Shown here: positions 1-9,174 of the stretch, one piece after another
Numbering within the stretch: the stretch's first letter is position 1
Layout: each line of letters begins with the position of its first letter
DNA from: Planctomycetales bacterium
GTDB taxonomy: Bacteria; 4484-113; JAFGCY01
DNA: 32,000 bases
Direction: 5' to 3'
NCBI GenBank assembly: GCA_022646745.1
Contig: CP060262.1
Location: forward strand, 540,001-572,000
Made by a program: the position numbers and the translations under genes
The notes under the pieces: generated by a model
Seen by the model: only the letters and a program-made list of their open reading frames with translations
Told to the model about the DNA's origin: nothing
The model's database searches: none

Positions 1-2218
1 CCGTCAGTCCAAGCCCGAGGAAGTCCGTGCCCTCAATCAGGGCCAGTTCCTGCTGCCCGAGCTGGTCACCAAGACGTGAGACGTGCATGCTGTATGCAGT
101 GCGGTCCATGATGATGGTCTGGCCGTCACCGGGAAGGCGCAGGGCACTGACCTCATAGCCGCCGTCGGTCCAGCCGACCTCCTGGCCGGCGGTCCAGCCG
201 TTGCCGGTGTCGTAGTAGATCCGCGATTTGTTGCCAGGTGCCCCGGCGAAGATGTAGCTTCCTTCCGCATCGATCACAAGGTCAACGGCAGTGGTCAGCT
301 GTCCGTTCGGGCCGGTCTGGTTGAAACCGCTCCAGACCAGTGACAGTGCATCACGGTTCGCGTGGAATATGCCGAGGATGTAGCCGATCGCGAGTTCCAT
401 GCGCTGTGTGTACTCGTTGTACTCAAGATCCAGGGACTCCACGTCCGCGGTGAGGATGTCAACCTTTGTTGATGCACCACCGTCCGGATCCACAACCGCC
501 CACATGAGCTGGCCATTGTGCGTGTAGACAAGCTCGTACATGCCGCTTTGCGGATTGTATTCAGCATCAAGCAGTCCGGGGTTGATGACAGCTTCATGGA
601 TCGTGGAGTAATTGAAGCCACCGGCCTGGTAGCCGATGATGTCGTTTCCAAATCCCTGCTGCTGGAATGACCAGAGGTTCCCGTTGCCATCGGTGGCGAG
701 GTCGGACTGCACATCCCCATTGCTGCCGCTGGAGAAGTAGGTGGCCATCCGGAAACCGTTCGCATCCAGCTCGAGTCCGGTCCGCTGGTTGCCCCAGCGG
801 GCCTGCAGCAGCAGCTTGCCGTTGAATTCCACCGGCTCACTGATGAAGCGGTACTCACTCGTATCGTTGACAACGGTCTGCCCGTAGAACGGCCAGCTGC
901 CGAATTCATCCAGGCCCTGCTCCGTCACGTGGCTCGCGATCAGCGCACTGCGCATGCCGTCAAAGTAGAGGGCCACGGGCTCACCCGTCTGCGGGTCGCT
1001 TGCCAGTCGCGGCGTGAAGGCCCGGCGACGCAGGTGGTTGCTCTCAAGGAGCACCCGTGACTCTTCCTCCCAGGTCGGCAGGATCGTCATCGGGAACCAG
1101 CTGTAGGAAGTCTTGTTGTTGCTTACACGGACATCAACCCGGTAGCCGCCGGTCGGCAGCTCGATGCTGAATCGCGGGTCATCCTGGCTGATCTTGATGT
1201 AGTTGGTGCCAACGCTGACCTCATACTGCTCGATCGGGTCTCCGTCGGGGTCATAGGAGCCTGACAGGTCAATCTGCACCGTCGCGGGAAAGGTCAGCGG
1301 GCCGGGGGTATGGCTGACCACGACCACGGGGGGGTTGTCAGCATTCGGGTTCGTGTAGTCCACCACGACGGAACCGGGAGTCTGGCGTCCGGCCGTGTCA
1401 CAGGCGTACACGATGTAGCGGTAGAACTGTCCATCCTCGGCGGTGTCGTCTACGTACTGATTCTCGAGGAATGGCTCACTGTTGAGGAACACGTAGTTGT
1501 CACCGATGTAGTCGGAACGGGCAACGCGGTAGCCTGCGAAGTCCAGGTCCGCATAGCTCGGGCTCTGCCACCAGCTGAGGAAGATGTCCTTGCCGCTGTA
1601 GTCCGGCGACATCGTGACCGGAAAGGGAGCGTCACCGTCATCTCCGGCAATCCTGAATGAACAGGCCTCCACCGTCAGGCTGCCCTCCGGCAGGATCACG
1701 GCGAAGTAGTGCTTGCCAGCCGCGGAAACCCCGGCAAGGGACTCGGGGTAGATGACCTCCTGGCCACCGATGAAGGGACCGAATGTGGTCCAGCGGCCGC
1801 TGCCGAAGTCACTGGCAGCGATGTAGTATTCAGTTGCATCATCCTGCATGTCGAGCTGCACTGCGTCAACGTAGAGGCCAGCCTTGATCTCACTGACGCC
1901 CCAGGCGAACCAGGCGGGACCGTCAGCGGCCTCCAGCAGCAGGCCATCGTTGCCGGGCGTGGCGGAGCTGGAAATGTCCACCAGTCCCATGCCGGTGACC
2001 GGCAGCTCATGCCAGCCGCCCCCGGCGCGTGAGATGCCACGCTCAAGGCCCTCGAGGGCATTGAAGTCCGGCAGTGCTACGATCTCGGCGACTGCCTCAC
2101 CGATCACCCCGGTGGGGGCGGCAAGGCTGTCATCCAGTCCGCCGCCATTCCCACCGCAGGATGCAATTGTCAGCACCAGCACGCTCAGCGCCAGTGCAGC
2201 GCAGTAAATCCTCTGCAT
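1..2218 (-). CDS. Secreted lipoprotein with FN3-like and PKD-like domains plus a C-terminal propeller-like region. The 3' end runs off the window. Paralog of 2429..5569.
   Basis: This ORF is missing from the ORF track because no stop codon lies inside the window. ATG at 2218..2216; the frame stays open to position 2 and I checked codons by hand around 1620-1663. Hand translation starts MQRIYCAALALSVLVLTIASCGGNGG (lipobox IASC). It continues with an FN3-like segment (LDFAGYRVARS...FYRYIVYACDTAG) and a PKD-like segment (VQIDLSGSYDPDGDPI), the same order as in the downstream paralog. Confidence 0.8.
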   Translation of the reverse strand, partial: MQRIYCAALALSVLVLTIASCGGNGGGLDDSLAAPTGVIGEAVAEIVALPDFNALEGLERGISRAGGGWHELPVTGMGLVDISSSATPGNDGLLLEAADGPAWFAWGVSEIKAGLYVDAVQLDMQDDATEYYIAASDFGSGRWTTFGPFIGGQEVIYPESLAGVSAAGKHYFAVILPEGSLTVEACSFRIAGDDGDAPFPVTMSPDYSGKDIFLSWWQSPSYADLDFAGYRVARSDYIGDNYVFLNSEPFLENQYVDDTAEDGQFYRYIVYACDTAGRQTPGSVVVDYTNPNADNPPVVVVSHTPGPLTFPATVQIDLSGSYDPDGDPIEQYEVSVGTNYIKISQDDPRFSIELPTGGYRVDVRVSNNKTSYSWFPMTILPTWEEESRVLLESNHLRRRAFTPRLASDPQTGEPVALYFDGMRSALIASHVTEQGLDEFGSWPFYGQTVVNDTSEYRFISEPVEFNGKLLLQARWGNQRTGLELDANGFRMATYFSSGSNGDVQSDLATDGNGNLWSFQQQGFGNDIIGYQAGGFNYSTIHEAVINPGLLDAEYNPQSGMYELVYTHNGQLMWAVVDPDGGASTKVDILTADVESLDLEYNEYTQRMELAIGYILGIFHANRDALSLVWSGFNQTGPNGQLTTAVDLVIDAEGSYIFAGAPGNKSRIYYDTGNGWTAGQEVGWTDGGYEVSALRLPGDGQTIIMDRTAYSMHVSRLGDQLGQQELALIEGTDFLGLGLT

Positions 2219-2352
2219 TTCATTCACCCGTAGAGCTTGAATTTGCCAATTGGCAACGGACTTCCGTTGCCGACGCGGATAGAATACCCGCTATCCCAGA
2301 TCAGTAAAGGCCAAAACAGCCGTTCTGTCCCATCATGTCCCCACAATGTCCC
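2219..2352 (-). promoter_or_regulatory. Conserved promoter/leader module, copy 1: three phased GGGACA repeats, -35 TTTACT, 16-nt spacer, -10 TATTCT, a hairpin near the 5' end of the leader, and a conserved RBS block.
   Basis: Read on the minus strand. GGGACA lies at plus-strand tgtccc 2347-2352, 2336-2341 and 2326-2331 (spacing 11 and 10 nt). -35 is at 2308-2303 and -10 at 2286-2281. Hairpin GGCAACGG/CCGTTGCC is at 2252-2271. Block AGCTCTACGGGTGA sits just before the ATG. The same blocks with the same spacings occur at 5570-5719. Confidence 0.65.
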
Positions 2353-2380
2353 GTACCGCAAATGCGCAGAAAACGGGCAC

Positions 2381-2402
2381 GGGCAGGCATTGCTGCCTGC
2401 CC
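2381..2402 (-). terminator. Putative intrinsic terminator hairpin downstream of the 2429..5569 gene.
   Basis: Perfect 9-bp inverted repeat gggcaggca / tgcctgccc with a 4-nt loop, 26 nt after the stop codon at 2429-2431. On the transcript a UUUU run follows, but only about 8 nt after the stem, so it is not a textbook terminator. Confidence 0.45.
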
Positions 2403-2428
2403 GCTCAACACTTCAGGATTATCAGTTG

Positions 2429-5400
2429 CTAGACCGTGCTCCAGATGCGGATCACATCCTCGGCCTGGTCGTGGTACACAAGGTGCCAGCGCCCGTCGCT
2501 GTCCACCACAATCACGTGCATGTTGCTCCAGCCTGTGTCGGGCACGGAGAGCTTCTCGAAGTGGCCGAAACCATCCCACTCGAGGCGCACGTCATCCCCC
2601 TGGTTGTCAGCGACCACGCTCAGGCAGGTATCACCGAAGGCCTCCACGGTGCTGACAGTACGGCGCGGGTCCGGCGCGTCCAGGATGAGGTCCTCGAGCC
2701 GGGGTACACCGTCCTCAACCATGATCCGCTGTGCATTCCCGGACGGGCCGTCCACTGCGTAGTACACGTTGCGCTGCTGTGTCAGGTTGTCACGGAAGCT
2801 TCCGGCGCTGAAGCGCCTGCCATCCATGTGATCGAAGCGAAGCAGCAGCGGTGTCGGGCTGTACAGGTTGCTGTTCAGTCCAGTGCCACGGTCGACGATG
2901 GAAACTGCTTCCGCTTCCTCGAATGTCGCACCGCCGCTCAGGAAGATCCCGTTCCAGTCGGCCAGCCCAACAATCGAGCCGCGCCAGATGTTCTCCAGCA
3001 GCGAATCTGTCTGGTAAGGAACGTCGAATCCGTCCGCACCGACAAGCAGGTTGTCAGCATCCGTGGAGTCGCTCAACATGAGGCTGCGGGGACCTACTGA
3101 TCCAATTGGCTGGGTCCAGTTGCTAAACTGCGTCGCGTTCAGGACGCTGGTCCGGCCTGCATTGCTGAACCTGTAGAATTCGACATCGAGTTGTTCAGCC
3201 TTTGCAAGTAATGCGATTTCACCGTTGGAGCTCAGGCGGAAAGATCCGTGGTAACCGACCTGTTGCGGGTCGGAGAAATTCTCTGTATCCGAGGATGCGA
3301 CATAATAGGAATAACTGTCGCGGTAGTACCCGATGTACAAGTAGTCACCGGCACAGACAGCCTGAAGCTGCTTGCCATAATTGGCCGTATTCAGGATCGG
3401 ATCCAGGTCCACCATGCCTGCCTCGGCATCAATCCGCCTCACCAGCACTCTCTCCCCAAAGAAGCTGTAGCTGTCATACATGCGGATGTGCCCGGGGACG
3501 GGACTGTAGCTGAACTGGAACATGTCATCCAGGATCTCGTCGTACAGCTCTCCAACCTGCACCAGCTCGTCATTGGCAATCTCATACAGGTAGATGCCCA
3601 GCCCGTTGTCCTTCACGGGAAGCAGTATGTGGCCCTCCACGAAGAACAACTGCGGCCTGAAGTATGAGGATGGGAAGATGTCCAGCACATCCGGTTCAGT
3701 CCAGTCCGACTCGCCACTGTGAAGTACTCTCAGCTCATTGAAATTTGCGAACATGTACAGGTCACCGTTCTGCGGATCCGCCGCAAGGGTGCCCTTGAAC
3801 AGGTTCAGGGCCGGGAAGTCCGCCGTGTCGAGCACCGCTAGTTCCAGGCTGAGCCGTTGCCAGGTCACCCCGTTTATATGGCTGTAGGCGAAGTCGATGC
3901 AGTCCAGTGCCTCATTCGCGGTGACGAGGAAATCAGAATAGGTATCCGCTGCCAGCAATATCTGCTGGCCGGTCAGGATATCCCTGGCAATAATGTCAAA
4001 GGAATCACTGCTGATCATGTACAGCTTGCCATCTATGCCGATGAGCGTATCCCCTGTGCTGAGCGAGACTTGCTCAAGCGGATCCACATCCAGCAGGCTG
4101 AGTGATTCTCCTGACCAGTATGCAAAACGCGTCCTGTAATCCACGCTGACAATCGGGAACACGAGACCAACTCCATACGGAGCCGGGCGGCCAAGTTCAA
4201 ACACGTTCTCAAGTTCATCACGGAGGATGTGTTCCTGCAATCCACCTGTTGCATCTTCACGCCGCAGCACGAGATTGTCAGTGGCGACATCAAATACAAG
4301 GCTGCACAGCGTTCCGTCTGCGGGATTGATGCCTGCAGCCATGTGGCTGAACCGGCGGGCCCCAAGCTTTTTGCCAACTACTTCAGTCGGCAGTGCCTGC
4401 CATTGCGGATAGACCTTCAGCTGCCGGATCGAGTATCCGGTTGTGCTGCCGTCACTTGCTGCGCAGATCACGTTGTAGCACCCGGGCTGCAGCGTGTAGC
4501 TGAACAACGGGCTGTCCTGGGTGACAGGCCCGATGCCGCTGCCGAGATCGACGGAGTAGCTGACGATCCCGTCTCCATCCGGATCGAAGCTGCCGGAAAG
4601 GTCGATTTCCACTACGGCAGGAGCGGCCAGCGGACCAGCAGGCATGTCAACCAGGACCACCGGCTGGCCGTTGCCCATTTCATCCGGTCCGGCGGACAGC
4701 GGGCTGGTTGTGGCCGTGTTCCCGGTCAGGTCATGCACGCGGAGCCTGTAGCGGAAGAAGTCGCCTGGCTGCAGACCGCCGTCAATGTAGGACATGCCAT
4801 GCAGCAGGCCTTCGTGGAGTGGCTGGAAGTCATCGCCAACAAGCGGTGAACGCTCGACGGAGTAACCGGCGAAGTCCAGCGCATCCTGGTCCGCACTCGG
4901 GTTCCAGTTGACCTGGACATAGTCCGGGCCGGCAACGAGGTACATCTGGTTCACTGCCGGAGCGCTGCCGTCACCAGTCAGGCCGATTGCAGCTCCTTCC
5001 AGCAGGAAGGAGGAACCAGGGCCGGCCAGCAGCGCAACGTAATGTGTATCATTTCCGCTGACAATGTTGCTCAGGGGGGGATTGCCAAGCGAGTCATCAT
5101 GCTCAAGCTCGACGGATTCCGAATAGGGTCCACTGAAGCTCCAGCGTCCCAGCTGGAAATCAGCAACACCGACATAGTATTCACCCTGCACGGCAGAGAC
5201 CTGCGCACTGAAACCGGCTGGCTTCTGCGCATCACTGAAGCCGTTCACTGCCCAGAGCTGCCAGGCCGGGGCGTCTCCGGATTTAAAACGGAGCCCACCC
5301 TGCTCGAGGCTTACACCACTTGAGCGGTCAATCTGCGCGGTCTGAGCCAGGTTGAGGTCGAACCAGCCAGCCTCCGCGATGCTGACTCCGCGAGAAGCGC

Positions 5401-5569
5401 CATACAGTTCACTGAGTGCCGGCAGGCCTTCCATGGCTTGTGCCGGAACTTCCGTACCGGAGGCACCAATGCCCTCCGGCTGCAGGGGCATCCCTGCACC
5501 GTTGCCTCCGCAGGAGGCCATCACCGTAACTGCCAGCAGGGCCAGCAGCGTGAGGCAACAAGTCTTCAT
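2429..5569 (-). CDS. Large secreted lipoprotein: N-terminal beta-rich domain, FN3, PKD, and a long C-terminal propeller-like region.
   Basis: 1049-aa ORF. I prefer the ATG at 5569 (MKTCCLTLLALLAVTVMASCGG, lipobox MASC) over the GTG at 5578, because the upstream block aligns with the paralog start. FN3-like: VQVNWNPSADQDALDFAGYSVERS...FFRYRLRVHDLTGN. PKD-like: VEIDLSGSFDPDGDGIVSYSVDLG. Confidence 0.9.
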   Translation of the reverse strand: MKTCCLTLLALLAVTVMASCGGNGAGMPLQPEGIGASGTEVPAQAMEGLPALSELYGASRGVSIAEAGWFDLNLAQTAQIDRSSGVSLEQGGLRFKSGDAPAWQLWAVNGFSDAQKPAGFSAQVSAVQGEYYVGVADFQLGRWSFSGPYSESVELEHDDSLGNPPLSNIVSGNDTHYVALLAGPGSSFLLEGAAIGLTGDGSAPAVNQMYLVAGPDYVQVNWNPSADQDALDFAGYSVERSPLVGDDFQPLHEGLLHGMSYIDGGLQPGDFFRYRLRVHDLTGNTATTSPLSAGPDEMGNGQPVVLVDMPAGPLAAPAVVEIDLSGSFDPDGDGIVSYSVDLGSGIGPVTQDSPLFSYTLQPGCYNVICAASDGSTTGYSIRQLKVYPQWQALPTEVVGKKLGARRFSHMAAGINPADGTLCSLVFDVATDNLVLRREDATGGLQEHILRDELENVFELGRPAPYGVGLVFPIVSVDYRTRFAYWSGESLSLLDVDPLEQVSLSTGDTLIGIDGKLYMISSDSFDIIARDILTGQQILLAADTYSDFLVTANEALDCIDFAYSHINGVTWQRLSLELAVLDTADFPALNLFKGTLAADPQNGDLYMFANFNELRVLHSGESDWTEPDVLDIFPSSYFRPQLFFVEGHILLPVKDNGLGIYLYEIANDELVQVGELYDEILDDMFQFSYSPVPGHIRMYDSYSFFGERVLVRRIDAEAGMVDLDPILNTANYGKQLQAVCAGDYLYIGYYRDSYSYYVASSDTENFSDPQQVGYHGSFRLSSNGEIALLAKAEQLDVEFYRFSNAGRTSVLNATQFSNWTQPIGSVGPRSLMLSDSTDADNLLVGADGFDVPYQTDSLLENIWRGSIVGLADWNGIFLSGGATFEEAEAVSIVDRGTGLNSNLYSPTPLLLRFDHMDGRRFSAGSFRDNLTQQRNVYYAVDGPSGNAQRIMVEDGVPRLEDLILDAPDPRRTVSTVEAFGDTCLSVVADNQGDDVRLEWDGFGHFEKLSVPDTGWSNMHVIVVDSDGRWHLVYHDQAEDVIRIWSTV

Positions 5570-5719
5570 ATCAATCACCCGTAGAGCTTTGCTTGTTGCC
5601 GAATCGATTCAGCTTTTGCGGGGCACCCCCGCTTTGTCGACGCGGATAGAATACCCGGCATTTCAGAACAGTAAAGGCCAAAACCCGGGTTCTGTCCCCT
5701 CATGTCCCAGAGATGTCCC
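5570..5719 (-). promoter_or_regulatory. Conserved promoter/leader module, copy 2.
   Basis: GGGACA repeats lie at plus-strand tgtccc 5714-5719, 5703-5708 and 5693-5698 (spacing 11 and 10 nt). -35 TTTACT is at 5675-5670, followed by a 16-nt spacer and -10 TATTCT at 5653-5648. GC hairpin GCGGGG/CCCCGC is at 5618-5632 and palindrome gaatcgattc at 5601-5610. The conserved AGCTCTACGGGTGA block precedes the ATG. Confidence 0.65.
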
Positions 5720-5789
5720 ATTTATTGCAGCGCGCGGATGCAAGGCACTGCAAGGCAGAAATCCAGCCTGGATGCGGTCCGGAGGCGCT

Positions 5790-8186
5790 TTACTGGCCCC
5801 CGTCCAGTTCCTCAAGTCGCGCCGTGGCCTGTTGCACCTCGCGCATCAGGCCCAGCGCCGGTCCACGGGTGACAAGCTCATTGAGGGCTGTGCGCTCCTC
5901 AGTGGCATGGCCCTGTTCGCGATGGATGCGCGCCAGCAGCCAATAGGTCTTGACTGCCGTAGCTTCGTCGTCGCTCTCCAGCAGCTGCCATGCCATCTTC
6001 TCCGCTTCCTCGACCTGCCCGCTGCGCAGGGTCAGGTCAGCCACCATGTAGTGGTCCTTCGGCTCGCTGCGGTACTCCAGCGCGCGTCTGGCGCAATACA
6101 GCGCACCTTCGTAGTCACCCATCCCCATCTTGCGGTAGGTAGGGTTGAGCCAGTCCAGCAGGCGGGCATAGTTGTCCCGGTCCGGTGTGCGCACCATCTC
6201 GCGGTAAGTCTCATCGTCAGAGTCCACGGAATCGTAGACGCCCTTCATCACGTAATTGTCAAACAGTGTTTCCGCCTCGGCATTGCCATCTGCCAGCATT
6301 GTGCCGAGTTGCGCATCGTCACCAATCGCATGGCCGAAGGCGTGCTCGCTGTACATCTTCTTCAGCACTGGATCCAGCCCGCCGGGCAGGCGGTCGTCCA
6401 GCGTCAGCAGGAAGCCGGCGCTGTTGTGGTAGATCGCCGCACTGTCATCCAGTTCATCACGGCGCGGCAGAGGCAGCGGCAGCTCATGCGCCAGCCCGAA
6501 GTTGATCAGGTAGCGGCGGTAGCTGAGTGGATCCTCACCGTACTGTTCGCCGTAGTTCTCGAGGAACTTGGCAGCGGCGTAGTTGGCCATGCCTTCCTGG
6601 AACCAGCGCGGTCCGCTGAAGCCCTGGCCCCACCAGATGTGCGCCACTTCATGCGTGACCAGCGGAATCCCGCTGCGGCTGCCGAGGATGAACACGAAGC
6701 CGGCATCCTCGAAGGCCTGCACACCTTCCTCATCCGGCAGCAGGAACACGCGCAGCTGGTGCTGGCCGTTGTCATCCGCCGGACCGAGAGGCCCCCACAG
6801 TTCGCTGAAGTAGCCGATCATGTCACCCAGGCAGGCGACGTAGCCCAGTTCCGCAACACCGTCTATCAGGCTGTCCGGTGCGAACACCTCGACACTGCCC
6901 CAGTCCGTCGCCAGCGAGCGGCTCGGGAATGCAGTCGCCACCACCATCTGGCTGCGGGTGCTGCCTTCCCAGGAATACAAACTTCCATCACCCGCCGGCA
7001 GCTTGGCATGCCCATCGCTGGCAGCCACCACCTTAACCGCCGGATCGGCGGTCTGCACACTGATCGTGATGTTGGTCGCACTGTCCTCACCGGGCCACAG
7101 GGAGGCCGTGTCGAAGCGATAGGCTCCGCCGTAGCCGATGCCGCTGAAGCTCTCAGGCACGTCACAGTCGGCGAACATCAGCAGCTGGTATTCCTGCCCG
7201 GCGCGGAAGTCGCCTTCGACGGCAAGCTGCCAGTCCGACAGTCCTGCACCGCCGCGGTGGAACTTGTATTCATGCCCGTTGCCATCCTTGACGGAACTGA
7301 ACTCCAGCCAGGGGTAGCTGACGAGATTCAGCTTCCTTGCATCAGCCTTGACCGTCAGCCGGGCATCCACTGCGGCCTGCACGCGACCGGGCTGTTCACC
7401 GCTGCCCTCGCTGAAGAAGTAGGTGTAGCCGATCTTGCTGAAGGAGACGTTGTCATCCAGTTCCGCTTCCTCCGGCGCCCAGGGCGCACGGTAGAAGTCG
7501 ATCCCGCGCGTGAAGTCCGTGATCGTGGTCTCGGTGCCGCTGGCATCCACGCGGTAGTCCCAGCGAGTGCCGTCGTCATCCCACATCGCGAGGTAGAATT
7601 CGCGCGCCTTCGGGAAGCGCATCGTCAGGCCGGCCCCACCGCCGCCGCCGGCGAAGTGTCCCATTCCGCCGCCGATGCCTGCATTGTCAACCCAGGCATC
7701 ACTCATGCTCTGCAGGTAGATTTCGCGGAACTGCTCCTGCTCCTTGTCATCGAGGTCCTGCCATGTGCGGATTTGCGTCGTCAATCCGGAGGGAATGATG
7801 CGTGCGTCCGCCGCCAGCGAGGATGAGAGGTAGGCCTTCTCGACCTGGATCCGCCTTACGCGGCGGTCCGGCTCCATTTCATTGAACAGGTTGAGGGATG
7901 CCGGGCCCTTGTCGAGATCGGTCAGCTCAATCCGGGCATCGCCGATGAACAGGCCGGCCATCCGGCGCGGCAGGTTCGGGAAGATGCCGACCACTCCCTG
8001 CTCGATGTGCAGGTCGCCCTGTGGCACCTCAGCCTGCACGTCCTGCACGGAGATGTAGCTGGCCTGGGTCAGGTTGACTGCGGGGTCCTCCCCGGCAACA
8101 GTTGCTGGCTGGTTCTGGGCCAGCGCAATGCCGGCGAGCAGGGCCGCAATCACTGCGGCAAGGCTGATGATGACTGCCTTACTCAC
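5790..8186 (-). CDS. Secreted or membrane-anchored M1-like (gluzincin) zinc metallopeptidase with C-terminal TPR repeats.
   Basis: HEVAH zinc motif followed by WFQEGMANY (compare M1 HExxH...WLNEGFA). A degenerate GAMEN-like AFEDAG lies upstream. The C-terminus has TPR-like helices (YEGALYCARRALEY..., TYWLLARIHREQGH). Start moved to the GTG at 8186 because GGAGGA lies 6 nt upstream. This gives MSKAVIISLAAVIAALLAGIALAQ, a signal or anchor sequence. Confidence 0.88.
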   Translation of the reverse strand: MSKAVIISLAAVIAALLAGIALAQNQPATVAGEDPAVNLTQASYISVQDVQAEVPQGDLHIEQGVVGIFPNLPRRMAGLFIGDARIELTDLDKGPASLNLFNEMEPDRRVRRIQVEKAYLSSSLAADARIIPSGLTTQIRTWQDLDDKEQEQFREIYLQSMSDAWVDNAGIGGGMGHFAGGGGGAGLTMRFPKAREFYLAMWDDDGTRWDYRVDASGTETTITDFTRGIDFYRAPWAPEEAELDDNVSFSKIGYTYFFSEGSGEQPGRVQAAVDARLTVKADARKLNLVSYPWLEFSSVKDGNGHEYKFHRGGAGLSDWQLAVEGDFRAGQEYQLLMFADCDVPESFSGIGYGGAYRFDTASLWPGEDSATNITISVQTADPAVKVVAASDGHAKLPAGDGSLYSWEGSTRSQMVVATAFPSRSLATDWGSVEVFAPDSLIDGVAELGYVACLGDMIGYFSELWGPLGPADDNGQHQLRVFLLPDEEGVQAFEDAGFVFILGSRSGIPLVTHEVAHIWWGQGFSGPRWFQEGMANYAAAKFLENYGEQYGEDPLSYRRYLINFGLAHELPLPLPRRDELDDSAAIYHNSAGFLLTLDDRLPGGLDPVLKKMYSEHAFGHAIGDDAQLGTMLADGNAEAETLFDNYVMKGVYDSVDSDDETYREMVRTPDRDNYARLLDWLNPTYRKMGMGDYEGALYCARRALEYRSEPKDHYMVADLTLRSGQVEEAEKMAWQLLESDDEATAVKTYWLLARIHREQGHATEERTALNELVTRGPALGLMREVQQATARLEELDGGQ

Positions 8187-8246
8187 GTGGAATCCTCCAA
8201 GGGGATATGTCTGATCCAGCATAGCCTATGCGGCCAGGGGATCAGC

Positions 8247-8966
8247 TCAGGCGCTCGGACGGCTGGCCTGGCCGAAGCGTTCGCTTCGCAGCTCGCGCAT
8301 CTTCGCGCGCCAGGACATCTTCTGGTGTTCCCTGCGGCTGACCTCAAACGGGCTGCTGCCTGATCCAGCCCGGCTGCGCGTAGCTGCGGCATCCTTTGGC
8401 ATGAAGTTGTGGTTGATCACCGCTATCTCGAGCGGCTCACCACGGCTGGCGCGGGCCTTTGTCTCGCGCAGCAGGTCGCCCTTCTCGCCCGCAATCGTGG
8501 CAGTGAATGGCTTGTGCTCCGGGTCCGGGCGGGTTGATCCAATCGTACGGGGACCCTTCATCAGGTCCGGCCGGGTGTTCGTGTTCACGCCGCCGCCAGC
8601 CTGGCGGTAGATCGTGTAGCGCAGCTGCTGCTTCATCGGGGTGCCGACCGGGCTGAAGCGCACAAGCTTGTTGCCCCCGATGAACTTGCGGTAACCCTGG
8701 TCACAGAGGTCGGTCACAATGGTGTGCAGCACCAGCAGCAGGCGCACCAGGGCATAGAGCGGGATGCCAATGAATGGGACGAAGACCACCATCGAAACCC
8801 AGAAGGCTTCATTGCCGATGTTGTCTTCCGCGTCATCCCAGATTGCGACGTTCGAGAATGCCCAGAAGGTGAGTCCGCCAAAGATCAGCATGAAGATGGC
8901 CAGACCGGTGCCCAGCGGCCCGCTGAGCCATTCGAATGCCCCTGTAAATATCTGGTCCAGTTGCAT
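8247..8966 (-). CDS. Membrane protein with a PLD_N-like (cardiolipin synthase N-terminal type) two-helix domain and a basic C-terminal tail of unknown function.
   Basis: 239-aa ORF. It has hydrophobic helices GLAIFMLIFGGLTFWAF and FWVSMVVFVPFIGIPLYALVRLLL (W...P.IG..Y signature). It lies 60 nt upstream of the peptidase gene on the same strand, so the two probably form an operon. Confidence 0.65.
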   Translation of the reverse strand: MQLDQIFTGAFEWLSGPLGTGLAIFMLIFGGLTFWAFSNVAIWDDAEDNIGNEAFWVSMVVFVPFIGIPLYALVRLLLVLHTIVTDLCDQGYRKFIGGNKLVRFSPVGTPMKQQLRYTIYRQAGGGVNTNTRPDLMKGPRTIGSTRPDPEHKPFTATIAGEKGDLLRETKARASRGEPLEIAVINHNFMPKDAAATRSRAGSGSSPFEVSRREHQKMSWRAKMRELRSERFGQASRPSA

Positions 8967-9174
8967 TATCGTCCCGGCCTGTCCTGCACGGCCTCCCTTG
9001 GAGTTTTCGGTCGCGGCAGATATTCCTGTCGCGATTTCTGCTCGCAGATTCCCTTTCAGTAAATAATGACGCAGCTGCAGCTAAATCGGTGACTATTTTT
9101 CCGGGGGAGAGACACACTTATAAAATATGTATGGCGGAATCACAGGCGAATTTCGCCGGGCAAACAGAGGAATC

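Noticed and set aside
2270-2310. An ECF-sigma reading (GAAC ... CGTC) of the conserved module upstream of the paralogous lipoproteins.
   Set aside because: The CGTC in ATCCGCGTCG is conserved, but the sequence 16-17 nt upstream of it differs between the two copies (GGGATA versus GAAATG). The conserved blocks fit a sigma70-like -35/-10 pair with a 16-nt spacer better.
5352-7826. An 824-aa plus-strand ORF. Other long antisense ORFs of the same kind are 2237..3100 (+), 9093..10385 (-), 19341..20447 (-), 26542..27633 (-) and 27643..29064 (-).
   Set aside because: Each lies antisense to a gene with clear family motifs (HExxH peptidase, HEAT repeats, nrdA and others). Their translations are Ala/Arg/Gly/Ser-rich and low in complexity. 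This is the typical shadow-ORF pattern in high-GC DNA.
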